40,810 bases of DNA. It comes from Welwitschia mirabilis. Its lineage: Eukaryota. Location: the NCBI GenBank assembly GCA_051453625.1, contig JBOZIK010000001.1, positions 40,854,693 to 40,895,502 on the forward strand, given 5' to 3'. The notes beneath the pieces were generated by a model, which searched no databases, was not told the origin of the DNA, and saw only the letters and a program-made list of their open reading frames with translations. Shown here piece after piece: positions 22,792-33,375 of this stretch; the first letter of the stretch is position 1, and each line of letters begins with the position of its first letter. Made by a program: the position numbers and the translations under genes.

Positions 22792-24188
22792 TATTGGATT
22801 ATGTTTTACCAATTAATATTAAACTAGTATTTTCTGTATAAAAAATTTTTTATTTTATGCAGAAGACGTTAAATTACTTATAGGTCGAAAGATGGAACTA
22901 AAATTGTCAACTTCTAAGCACTAAAAACCTATCAGTTTATTTACCCTCAAGATGGGGTAAACTGAATTTTCTAAGCAGACAGAAAAAAGAAATAAATCAA
23001 GAGGGGTCGACCAGACCTTTATGGGGTTAACCGGATTTGAGAACCTAAGAAACAGTACTCCTGGACTAAATGAAAAGGTGTCAACCAAACCTGTGATGGG
23101 GTCGATTGGACCTGAGCACTATGCAGCTGGTACACCTGAACCGATCATCATGGGATTGATTAGAACCTGAAGGAGTCGACTGGACTCAACGTAGGAAATT
23201 AGAAAGAAATTTTATTAGAGGAACAGGTGACCGGATGGATAGTAGGCAATCAGACCCAGATGGGGTCGACCGGATAGGGAGCCGTAAGAAATTAGGATGA
23301 CCAAATTTCTCACTTGGGTGACTTGTGTAACTCACGACACCATATGGAGTCGACCGGATTTTTGTGGAATCGATCAGATAAAGCAAAAATGAAATTTTTC
23401 TAAATGTTATGTATCCATTATGTAGCCATTAGGTAGCCATTTTTTACCTGTTTATAGCTGTTGGAAGCACATTTCAAATGTAATAAACCCTAAAAGCCTT
23501 CTATTATAAATAGCTAAGACATAGATGACCAAAGAGTCTTTTTGAACTATTTTCATTTGGATAAATCTATTAGATCTGAAGGATTAGGCATTGTATTTGG
23601 TTGATTTCCACTTTTTTATCTTGGCATCCATATTTCTGACCGAACGAGACCTACTATTGGCCTCCTCTCTATATTCAAGGTCAAATTAAGAGCTTTACTT
23701 GCTTTACTTCTATAGGAGAAGAGCTCCATCATATTTCCTAATTCCAGAATAAGTGATATGTATGCTTTCAAGGCATCATTACATCACTATCCTGCTTTGT
23801 GAAAGGTTGAGACTAAGCCTTGAAAAGTCTGTTCTAAAGGTTGAGACTAAGCCTAGAAAAGTCTGTTTGTAAAGGTTACAGGTGAATGTAGAATACCTGA
23901 TGGAGTAATAAAGATCTAAGATCTAGCTTGAGGATAAGCTGATCGTCGAGAGTGGAGTAGGGAGTTTCCTGAATCACTATAAATCCGGCTTGCATTAAAT
24001 TGGTATTTTTGTGCTTTTAGTTTTTGTTTCTTTACTTTCATTATTTTCTCTTACTGTGCACATTCTAGATTAGTTCATTTTTGTATGCAAGTTTTTGTTT
24101 CAGATTAAATTCATTTAGAATATTGTATTGGATTTTTTAAAGAACCTATTCACCCCCTCCTCCTCCTCTAGGGTTCTCGATCCTATCA
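22792..24188 (+). repeat. 3' LTR of E5 (1397 bp)
   Basis: TATTGGATTATG...TCCTATCA, TATAAATA at 23505-23512, collinear with the 5' LTR. Confidence 0.95.
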
Positions 24189-26504
24189 GAAGCATCATCC
24201 TATTTATGGAAATAAATTTATTACATGTTTTAGCATGAATAAGATCTATTAATAATTTTCCTAGTTACTTATTAATAATATAATTTTAAATATTCAAATT
24301 TTATGAATGAGGTCCTACCTTACTAGTATAATAGTGCTTCTATGAGTTCATGGTTGTCAATTAAATTTTATAAAATGTCTTCCAAATTTTAAAGAAATTA
24401 AAAAAATTATTTATAAAATATCAAGATATTACATGCCATTTTTTTAAAACTCTATCATTATCATTTCATTTTATAACCAATCTTATGTTTGGAGAAATCC
24501 CCCTTTGAAATTCTCATATAACACATGTAAAAATAAGCTTTTATATCATATTGGGTGACATGATTTACAACATTTAATATGAAGTAAAATTACTAATATG
24601 CAAAGTAGTTCAACTATCTAAAATTTATAACAATGACTATAGGTGTAGAAAGTTTACACCAAGTTGTCCTCTTATAGCTTTCCAAGCCTATGACTAGGTA
24701 GACTAGTAGTTATTAACATCTTTTTCTTAAAAAGACAAGTATTAGAAGGAATAAAAGTATACTTATAAGTTTAGAACAAAATTTTTCATGTGTAATTGAG
24801 AAGACCATGTTACAAAATTTATTTAAATGAATGATACCAATGTTATAATAATTACAATAGTTGTAAAGAATATTATCTTCATGTGCTTAGTTAAAGCTAC
24901 TCTTGTTGATTAGAACATATGGATACTAACCATTTAATTAAATGTTATGGTAATAGGTTTTATATTTATTAAATGTTAAATATAAAATACATGATACAAT
25001 TGTTGATATTAAAAGTTCTAAATATTAATATGGCAATGATAAATTAATGCACATCTATGAATAGACTTTGAAATTTTAGATAAGAATCACACATGAGACT
25101 ACATATTTAACTATCATGACCTTAAACTCAAACTTGATATAATTTTCGTAAATTAAATCCTCTAATAAGTCAACATTATATGAAAAACTATTATAGAAAA
25201 ATTATGAAATTGTTTTAAAATCACACTATGAAAAACTAAAAACATGATGCAAAATTTCTCAAGTTGAGGAGAATGATTAAAAAAGTGATTAAAAAAAAAA
25301 TCATACTTAAAATCTTACATAATTTAAAACAAGGGATATGATTAGTGACTTTCAATAATAAATGGACTGAATTTTTATATTTTGGATGAAAGAGGATTAT
25401 ATAATTGTTATCTTTTTAAATCTTAATTCATGGAAAACATACAATATAAAGTTCCCTATCTTAATTATCTAGATAAAAACTCATAAAAGCCTTAAAATAT
25501 TGAGAGTTTACTATCGAAATCTTTAGGTTTGTCTTGTAAATTATCACTAAAATCTTAACTATCAAATGTTTATATTTTGACTTATGATTTACAACCAAGA
25601 TCTTATGTTAGATTGAGATAAAACAAGATTTCAAATGCTAAAATACTTAAGTTAGTTAAAGCATATGGCTATTAACTAAAAGGTTTGAGATTTAAGCCCT
25701 TGTTTTAGCAACTATAACCTATTATTATTGAATTGCTCAACATAAACACTGTAAAGTAATTTGTTTAACTATTTTCTTATGAAAAGAAGCCTATATATGA
25801 ATTTATATCTTATTTAATTAGAGAGTGCCATTAAGAAAAGATAATAACATGAAGTATATTTTTCCTTTTTTCTTCTAGGTAGCTTCAATATAAAATAGGT
25901 AAGAATATAGTTAATAGAGAGAATCTTTATATTATTTCCTGAAAAGAAAGCTAATTCTAAAACCCTATGTAGCCTAAAGAGAAAACATTAAACACATAGA
26001 TTTTCTAACTTAATTATCTAAATAAAAATGCATGGGGACCTTTGTCACATACCAAATATTTAACGATTAAGATTTAAGTTTAAAATGTCTTGATAAATAA
26101 GTTAAAAAAGAATATGAAATTTTATAAAGCAAATATTTTAAGTTAATTCTTAAATATCTTCTTTTATAGCTAATATCCCCATGGCTATTAGTTTCTTTTG
26201 TATAACAGTTGTAACTAATGCTTTGGTTTTATTTGTTTAATTACTCATTTTAGAAAATGCCAATGAGTTGTGGATTTGTAATTATTATGAATCGAGATGC
26301 TTAACATCTAGAGTTATTTTATTCTACTTTATTTTTGGTAAATGTTAAAGAATATCTTGAATTGTAATTGCTCTCATGTTTATGAAATATCTTATTATTG
26401 CTGCTAATGTATTATTAATTTTTTATTATTTATGAGAAGGACAATTGTTATTTATTATACCCAGTGGCCTGGAAAGGTAATAATTAGGGGTTATGAAATC
26501 CCTA

Positions 26505-26572
26505 TCACTTCCATCACCTTCACCACTTCTACCACCTTCATCACTTCCACCACATTCACCACCTTCCCCACC
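26505..26572. repeat. Degenerate (CAC/TTC)n low-complexity repeat
   Basis: TCACTTCCATCACCTTCACCACTTCTACCACCTTCATCACTTCCACCACATTCACCACCTTCC. Confidence 0.8.
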
Positions 26573-26775
26573 CTATTTTTTTATGATGCCTCCTCATGTT
26601 CTCATGTCTTTTCACATCCTACATCCTCAGCTATCAATAAAACCTTTTTCTCTTCTTATTTCATATTTTAGAGAAAGCCTTTGTTATCAAATCTTGATGA
26701 CTTTAACTTGGAGCTTGGAAAACCTTGGAGCCTTGTAATCTTCATGAGTTCTGAAGTCTTCATTTTAAATTTGGT

Positions 26776-26862
26776 ATGTTTTTTGGCTTGGATTATTTTC
26801 TTACATGGTTTTTGACTTGGATTATTTTCTTGTATGGTTTTTGGCTTTCATTTATTTCTTAT
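26776..26862. repeat. 29-bp tandem repeat, 3 copies
   Basis: ATGGTTTTTGGCTTGGATTATTTTCTTAC-like units start at 26776, 26805 and 26834. Confidence 0.85.
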
Positions 26863-27745
26863 ATGTTTCAATTAATTCTTGCATCTTTTACATGTTTCAT
26901 GGATTTTTCTTGCTATCTCAATTAATCTTATAAGTTTCTTCTTATGCATGTAATATCTTGGCCGTGAATTTAATTCTATGCTTTAAACTTTGTTAAGTGA
27001 TAAAATTATGCAGCTTTAGGGGTAGGGCACTTAAGAGGCTCCCATTGACCATGGGAGTGAACTATCAGAGTAATCAAGATGATGTTGATAACTTATCTAG
27101 TTGTGCATGACATGATGTCTTTGTGGCTTCAAAAGGGTTTATGCCATCTAAAGGGTTTCTATTAGCCATAGGAATAAACCTATAGACAAATGGGTATTTT
27201 TGACACTCTTCTGATAGTGCATTCTATTCACTGTACATTCTTAGATTACTGAAACTTGGATACGTGCATCCAAATTACTAAAATTTGTATGAGGTCTTGG
27301 TTAAATTTTGATCTTTCTTGCAAATCCCATCTTGTGTTTGAAAATCCCCTTACCTAAACCTTGTCATGGACCATATTAGGAACTTTGAAGGTTATTGTTC
27401 TCACTTCATAGTTGCATGTATAGGACCTCCTATGAAGAAGGCCTTGGAATAAGCTAGCTGATGCAAGATGGATCGAGTGCTAATTCATGCTGCTTTTTTA
27501 GATGCGTGTAGTTGAAGGATCTTGGATGTCCTGAATGAATTATGTTATTTATGTCAACATGAATATTGTATTCAAATTTATTTAAGGAAGTGATATGGAT
27601 ATTTGCAATGTATTTATCTCCTTTTATTTAAGAATTCTACTTAATTTTCATGAATCTACCTCATAGATAATGAAATTTAGTTTTTACTTAGAAAATGTGT
27701 TCATATTGGGATAGTAGATAAATTTTAATTTATATTGATTACTAG

Positions 27746-28200
27746 ATATTTTTTGCATTATGCTATTTAGTTTATTTTAAAGCTGAATATTAGCATAATT
27801 AGTGAAATCATTAGCATGTTAAGAGAAGGGTTTAGAGTTTGAGTTTAGATAAGTGATATCACATTTTTATTATGGAAAGCTAGGAGAACTCTAATATCAT
27901 TTAATTCTGCTAGGATTTAATATAATAGAATATAGCTTAAGGGAGTTATCAGGAATCTTTTATACAATGAAAAATATTTTCTGCAAGATGCTATTTAGTT
28001 CATTTTTAAAGTTGAATGTTAGCATGATTGGTGAAATCATTAGCACATTAAGAGAAGGATTTAAGAGTTTGAGTTCAGAAAAGTGATATCATATTTATGA
28101 AAAGCTAGGAGAACTCTAATATCATTTAATTTTTCTAGGACTTAATATAATAGAATATAATTTAAGGGGGTTATGAAGAATCTTTTACATAGTGAAAAAT
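27746..28200. repeat. ~228-bp diverged tandem duplication
   Basis: ATGCTATTTAGTT at 27760 and 27988. GTGAAATCATTAGCA and AAAGCTAGGAGAACTCTAATATCATTTAATT occur in both units. Confidence 0.92.
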
Positions 28201-28329
28201 AATAAAAATGCCATGATTGAGAGACTTAATCTCTTAACCTTTTGTATTAAATCCTTCTACCCTAGTAATAGTTTAATAACCAACTGAAATTATGAGGAGA
28301 TCTAAAACAAACTGTTAAAACATTACACA

Positions 28330-29240
28330 TGAGTCGACTTGCATCTATAACGGGAAAAAACACATCATGGTGTGTAGTGTATCTAGTCCCTTAAATGCCT
28401 TGCGTCTCTTAAATGCTGAAACATCTCTCATGCCTTGCAAAAATGCAAGCTTGCAACACTTTCCCTCTTTTCTATACAAGCTCAGTCTGTTCTCATGCCT
28501 TCTCCTTTCTAGTGATGCTTCCGGCATTCATATCCCGGCTATCCTCTTGTTTCCAATAGTAATTTAAGCATTATCTGCAATTTTGTGTATCGCGCTTAAA
28601 CGATTGCATTTATTGTGTTGAATCTTCCTTATGTAAAAACCATCTTGCATCCACAGCACATCAGAATGCGAGATTAAAGAGGCAAGAATTCCAATATTTG
28701 TCAATGCTGATCAAGAACCTGCCAAACGCCTTACAAACATCATTAATCTAATCAAAACATTCTCAAATTTCTTGATCAAATAACGACTTCAATCAGATTA
28801 ACAGAGCTGCAGTCGTTCGCCTTCCCTTCATTTTGATCAAGAAAATGAATCATCTACATTTTCTTTCTCTCTCTGGTGCATTTTATATGGAACTGCCAGT
28901 GCGTCAATGTTGCCCCTTCATTTTGGGCACTCCTCCTTGCTTCCACAGCGGACATCCCTTCTTGCCTTTCTGGTTTGCATGCTTGTCCTTCGCCCTTCAC
29001 TGCGTTCTTTGCATGTGCCAAACAGCGTGCTCCCGAAGTGCGCAAATGCGACTTCAATCTAGCGACGGATAAGCTTGCATCCTATAGATCTGCTTCTTCC
29101 CTCCTTTGCCTACGTAATATCTCCATCGTTAAATGTTCATGCCTTCTTTTTCTTTAAATCATTTCTGAATATTATCTGCCATGAGGGAATAACCAATGTT
29201 GCTGACGTAAATGGACCTCCAATCGGCTTTATGGGGTCCT
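28330..29240. other. CpG-retaining, higher-GC non-coding island of unknown function
   Basis: Roughly 25-30 CpG in ~0.9 kb by eye, against near absence in the flanks. No recognisable TE or protein motif in any frame. Confidence 0.7.
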
Positions 29241-29711
29241 TCATGATAAATAGATTGTACTTGATTAAGGTCATATGCCTCTAATTTATAAGTTAACTTT
29301 TCTATGTATAGTTGGCTATCTAGGGATGCCTAAATCATAAAATACCCTTGCAGAAGAATTCCATACTAGACCAACATTTGGTACTAAATGGTTTACTAAG
29401 TTATTAAATGTTTTAACCTTATAGCCATGAAATAACTAGATTTCGCTTAATTGTAAACTAGCACCATCTTATGCGCTAAACTTTATTTTCTTATTAAAAA
29501 AATTATACAGACTTTAGATGGATTGTTAAACTATGGATAACAATATCATTGGATACTAATTATTTTTTCTTATCGTCTGAGTCATAACCATAATATGGCC
29601 TTCTGTTAGTTAGTCTTATGTTATAGCTCTAACTGCTAAAATTGGTAGTTACATTTTAGTGAGTTTTGGTATCAAGGCATAATTTTTAAAATTTTGGGTT
29701 ATTAAAAATGT

Positions 29712-29736
29712 GAACATTACATTTTGGTATCAAAGC
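29712..29736 (+). mobile_element. Possible orphan LTR end plus PBS-Met
   Basis: GAACATTACA-TTT-TGGTATCAAAGC, one mismatch to PBS-Met. No partner LTR identified. Confidence 0.35.
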
Positions 29737-30263
29737 TAATTGAAGTTTTTGGCTATAAAATTTTGGACATCATAATCTTACAAGATTAAGAGTTGACCAT
29801 CAAAGATCACAAGGATCTTCAAAGTCTTTGGTTTAAGTCATATAGCATGCAAGTTGGCTTATGGTTTATATTCATGTATTCAAGGTACACTTGGATGTGA
29901 GCTTCAATGTCTTAGGAACAAATACTAGGTGAGACATGGACATTTGGTAGTAAGCTCCTAAGTTAATATGAATGATCCATAGATTTTGACTTGGCTAAAC
30001 AAACTGATAACGCTAGCAAGCGCAATATAGTTCTCCATGAATTATCTTCCTTAAAAGAAGGGGACGGGAAAAAAAAAAGGAAACGAGAATGAAGAAATAC
30101 AAAGGATTAATTTGAATCTTGCTAACCTTTATTCATGATGCACTTCAGATAGCATCTTTAGCAAGGCACGTTACCATAATAGAGCCATTAACTTTATATG
30201 TTTTTTTAATTTATGTTTTAGGTGATAGAACTTAAAATAATTAAAATAAGTTATAAAATCCAA

Positions 30264-30359
30264 ACCACTATTTTTAAAACTTCATGACAATGATAAATAA
30301 TATTGCATATTACCACTATTTTTAAAACTTCATGCTAATGATAAATAATATTACATATT
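30264..30359. repeat. 48-bp tandem duplication
   Basis: ACCACTATTTTTAAAACTTCATG..AATGATAAATAATATT(G/A)CATATT x2. Confidence 0.95.
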
Positions 30360-31439
30360 CACATAAGTTTAAAAATTAAGATTAAATTTTCAACCAATCT
30401 AACAGCATATTTGAAATAAAATTGATCTTCATAAATAGAGTGAATAAACTAATAACCTAAACTTATATAATGTATATAACATTACAATATATAGCAATAT
30501 CTAAAGGGATAAACTAAGTCTACAGTATTTAGAAATTTTGTCTAAAGTTTTTTGTCTTTTTTTTTTAATATCTAAAAGTTTACCAGTTCAGTGAAGGACA
30601 TATATCTAAGGTTTTGTATTAAAGTGGACTTAGATGAGTAATTTTATTAAGATTATATAACCCTTCCAATATGTGATTATTGTACCAATAAGATTACTAA
30701 ACATAGAATTATAAACTATTATCTCATCACCTATTTTTAGATTTATTACTACGTTTGAATTTTAAGTATTTCTTATTAAGATTCAAGTCTATGTTTAACT
30801 TAAACATAAAACAAAAAATTGATGCCCTAGTTTAATGAATAAGGATGTTTTTTGTGGACTAGTTTATAAGGAGAACATTCTATGGAATATTTTAAAGTTC
30901 TTTTATAGTATCAAAGAGAATTATTAAATTTTTAAAACTAATTTTTCTTATATTAATTAATAAGTTTTTATAAGAATTTTTATTAACAATTTATTAGTTT
31001 CTTTAGTTTGACTATTATATTAAGAAGGATGAGGGTTGATGAATAAGAATTAGTTAACTAGGGTTTAATTTCATAAGACTCTAGAGATTTCCTTAAAACT
31101 CTTCTAATAAAATGCATATCATTATCAAAATCAAAATTCTTGAATATGTGAATAATGTTTGTTTGAAAGAAATTTTTTAAGGCTTACCTTAGATGGTCAT
31201 TCATTGCAATTACTTCTACACATCCAACATGATAATCTAAACATACAAGAGTATGAACCCTTATAAAGGAAGTTGAGCTGATAGGTCTAATAAAGTTAAT
31301 TTTGAAAGCATCAAAAGGGTTCCATTAAGATAATCTATTATGAAGGACCCTCCATGTTCTATTCCACATAACCTATTCATTAATGTCGGTTACAACTCCT
31401 ATAAACTCACAAGAAAGTTAAACATAGCTTGTCAAAAAT

Positions 31440-31921
31440 ATTTGGCAAGAGATACTTTGGGAATTATATGCCATATAGTATAATATCCTTTATAAATATC
31501 CTTATGAAGCTCTATAAGAAGACAATGAAACATGATATCTTGATCATATCATTGTTATGAGCTTTAGAATTAGATAACTAGTAGACTTATGAAAAAGTTT
31601 TTCTTTCACTTCTCTTTCTTACATGGATCATAAAGTAAAAGAATGTGACTTCTATGGAACCTTTAAACATGGATTTTCATAAAGAAGAAAAAAATTATAG
31701 ATTGTTAAAGCTACTTAAGAATTTTTAACACCTAATTCTATTAAAAAATGGATTATAGGCTATACTTTTGATACTATTTAAAATTCATTAAACAAAGGTG
31801 TTCATAATATAGTTCTCGATAACTAAAATTACATGCATGAAGTGCAACAAGGAAAGGAGGATGTGCAAAAATATGGATTTGTGATCCTTTCAAGTTTCAT
31901 GTTGAAATTACATTTGAAGAT
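31440..31921 (+). pseudogene. Possible highly decayed hAT (DUF659-type) transposase fragment
   Basis: GVHNIVLDN*NY (~31797) and HVEITFED (~31898) resemble VVQVVTDNASNY and HCLNLMLED in order and approximate spacing. Weak. Confidence 0.3.
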
Positions 31922-33352
31922 TGTTGACATGAAGAAATTAGCATTACAAACAAGTATAATTAATTAATTTGCCACAGAGAAAAATATCTAATTCATTAAT
32001 TTATGATAAAATGATGTCTTTTACCCTTTTATTTTGTTTCCATGAAAACATAAGTTTTCCCCTAACATTAGTAGGTTTATTGTTGGCTTTTGAAGAGCAC
32101 TCCCAAAACTTGAAGGATTTCTAGCATAAAAATTCCCAGTTATTAGCCTTCTGAGGGAAAATTACTCCAAACTCATGTTCCTACATCCATTGAGGGAATT
32201 TATCACCTTCAACTTATTGGCTTAGTTAAATGATATATCAAATTTAACTTTAACTCTAGTGACACATGGTAAAAGTACAAAATGACACATCATAGTGATG
32301 TGGCAACAATGAGGATGAGTAAGTGAAAGATGCATAACATGATATTCATTTACAACATCATCAGCAATCAGAGGACATGTTATCACCATGCTTACATAAG
32401 AAGAATAAGAATCATTCTTTGTGGTTACAATGTCAAAAATTATAACTTCCTCCTTAAGTAACCATCTAATGTAATCCCCTTATGTAACTACCTAGCAATG
32501 CTTACCTAATGTAATCATGGCAAAGCTTTCTAAGCCTTTTCTCATCTATAAAAAGACCTTGAGCTCCCATTGTAAACATTTTTGATTGGCTTAATGTGGG
32601 TAAGACTAGAAGTGTTAAGACATCATGGTGTTCTAATTATATTTTTTAGAGGGTACAATGTACAAGGCTAGTTGAGAAGTCTTTCTTCTTTACCTTTCTT
32701 CATTCTATGTAATGTATCTTTTATTTTTAATACAAGAATTGGTTTTCTTCCTTTCATTATTAATGATCATACATGTGGTATTAGCAATCTTTGGGAGAAA
32801 CTAATTCTTAAGTAGTTTCATTCTTTCATTTTTAATGCATAGAAATAGGTATTAGTAATCCTTAGATGAGCTTATTTAATTATCAAGTTCTTTCATATAG
32901 AATGAGTTATTTAAGGCTACTTTTATGAATTCATAGTACTTGTTATTTGATGGATCTTATGCACTTTTATTTATACTTTTCATACTTATGAAGGGCTATG
33001 AAGTATTAGGAGGATTGAATAACTCACCGACACTCATGTGGTGGATAAGATTATGCCTCCACATCAAACCTGAATGACTTGATAATTTTAGTTCATGTTT
33101 TAGAACACAGGAATCATTAGAATAAGGTGAAGTAAAGCAAGAATTAATTAGACCTTTGAAACACTTTCATTTCCCTACGATGTTAACCAACGATCACTTT
33201 CATCTCAACTTTCCAATTTTTAGTTTATTTTGTTTTTTACTGTAAGTTATAATAATTGTGTTTCTCTTATAAAAGTTAACTTATATATCCATGTGGAAGA
33301 ATTGTACTAGGTCCTTACCTAGTTAAATCTAGATCAGTGCTATACACGAACA
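31922..33352 (+). repeat. 5' LTR of the Athila-like element
   Basis: TGTTGACATG...TATACACGAACA, collinear with 37222-38574. Confidence 0.9.
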
Positions 33353-33357
33353 GATTC

Positions 33358-33375
33358 TAGTACTATTGTTAGGGA
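33358..33375 (+). promoter_or_regulatory. Decayed PBS (tRNA-Asp type)
   Basis: TAGTACTATTGTTAGGGA versus TGGCGCCGTTGCCGGGGA. All 8 differences are C->T or G->A. Lies 5 nt after the LTR end. Confidence 0.75.

Larger units (their letters stand above)
16764..24188 (+). mobile_element. E5: two-LTR Ty1/copia Sirevirus-type retrotransposon, decayed, gag partly deleted, no env-like ORF
   Basis: LTRs 16764-18188 and 22792-24188, TSD AAAGC/GAAGC (4 of 5), perfect PBS-Met, PR-INT-RT-RH domain order, two PPTs. Confidence 0.96.

Noticed and set aside
24189..26430. Possible decayed DNA-transposon coding sequence flanking E5
   Set aside because: No motif could be matched convincingly. Left unannotated.
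26432..26738. Thr-rich or Pro-rich (extensin-like) ORFs
   Set aside because: Translations of the low-complexity CAC/TTC tract, with no signal peptide or gene structure.
28686..28702. TCCAATAT as part of a miR2275 target site
   Set aside because: Only 8 central nt match and the seed-pairing region does not.
28941..28949. TTCCACAGC as miR396
   Set aside because: Only the first 9 nt match and there is no star arm.
28345..29284. Short ORFs in the island as protein-coding exons
   Set aside because: Six overlapping 60-93 aa ORFs on both strands with no recognisable domain or exon structure, as expected by chance at higher GC.
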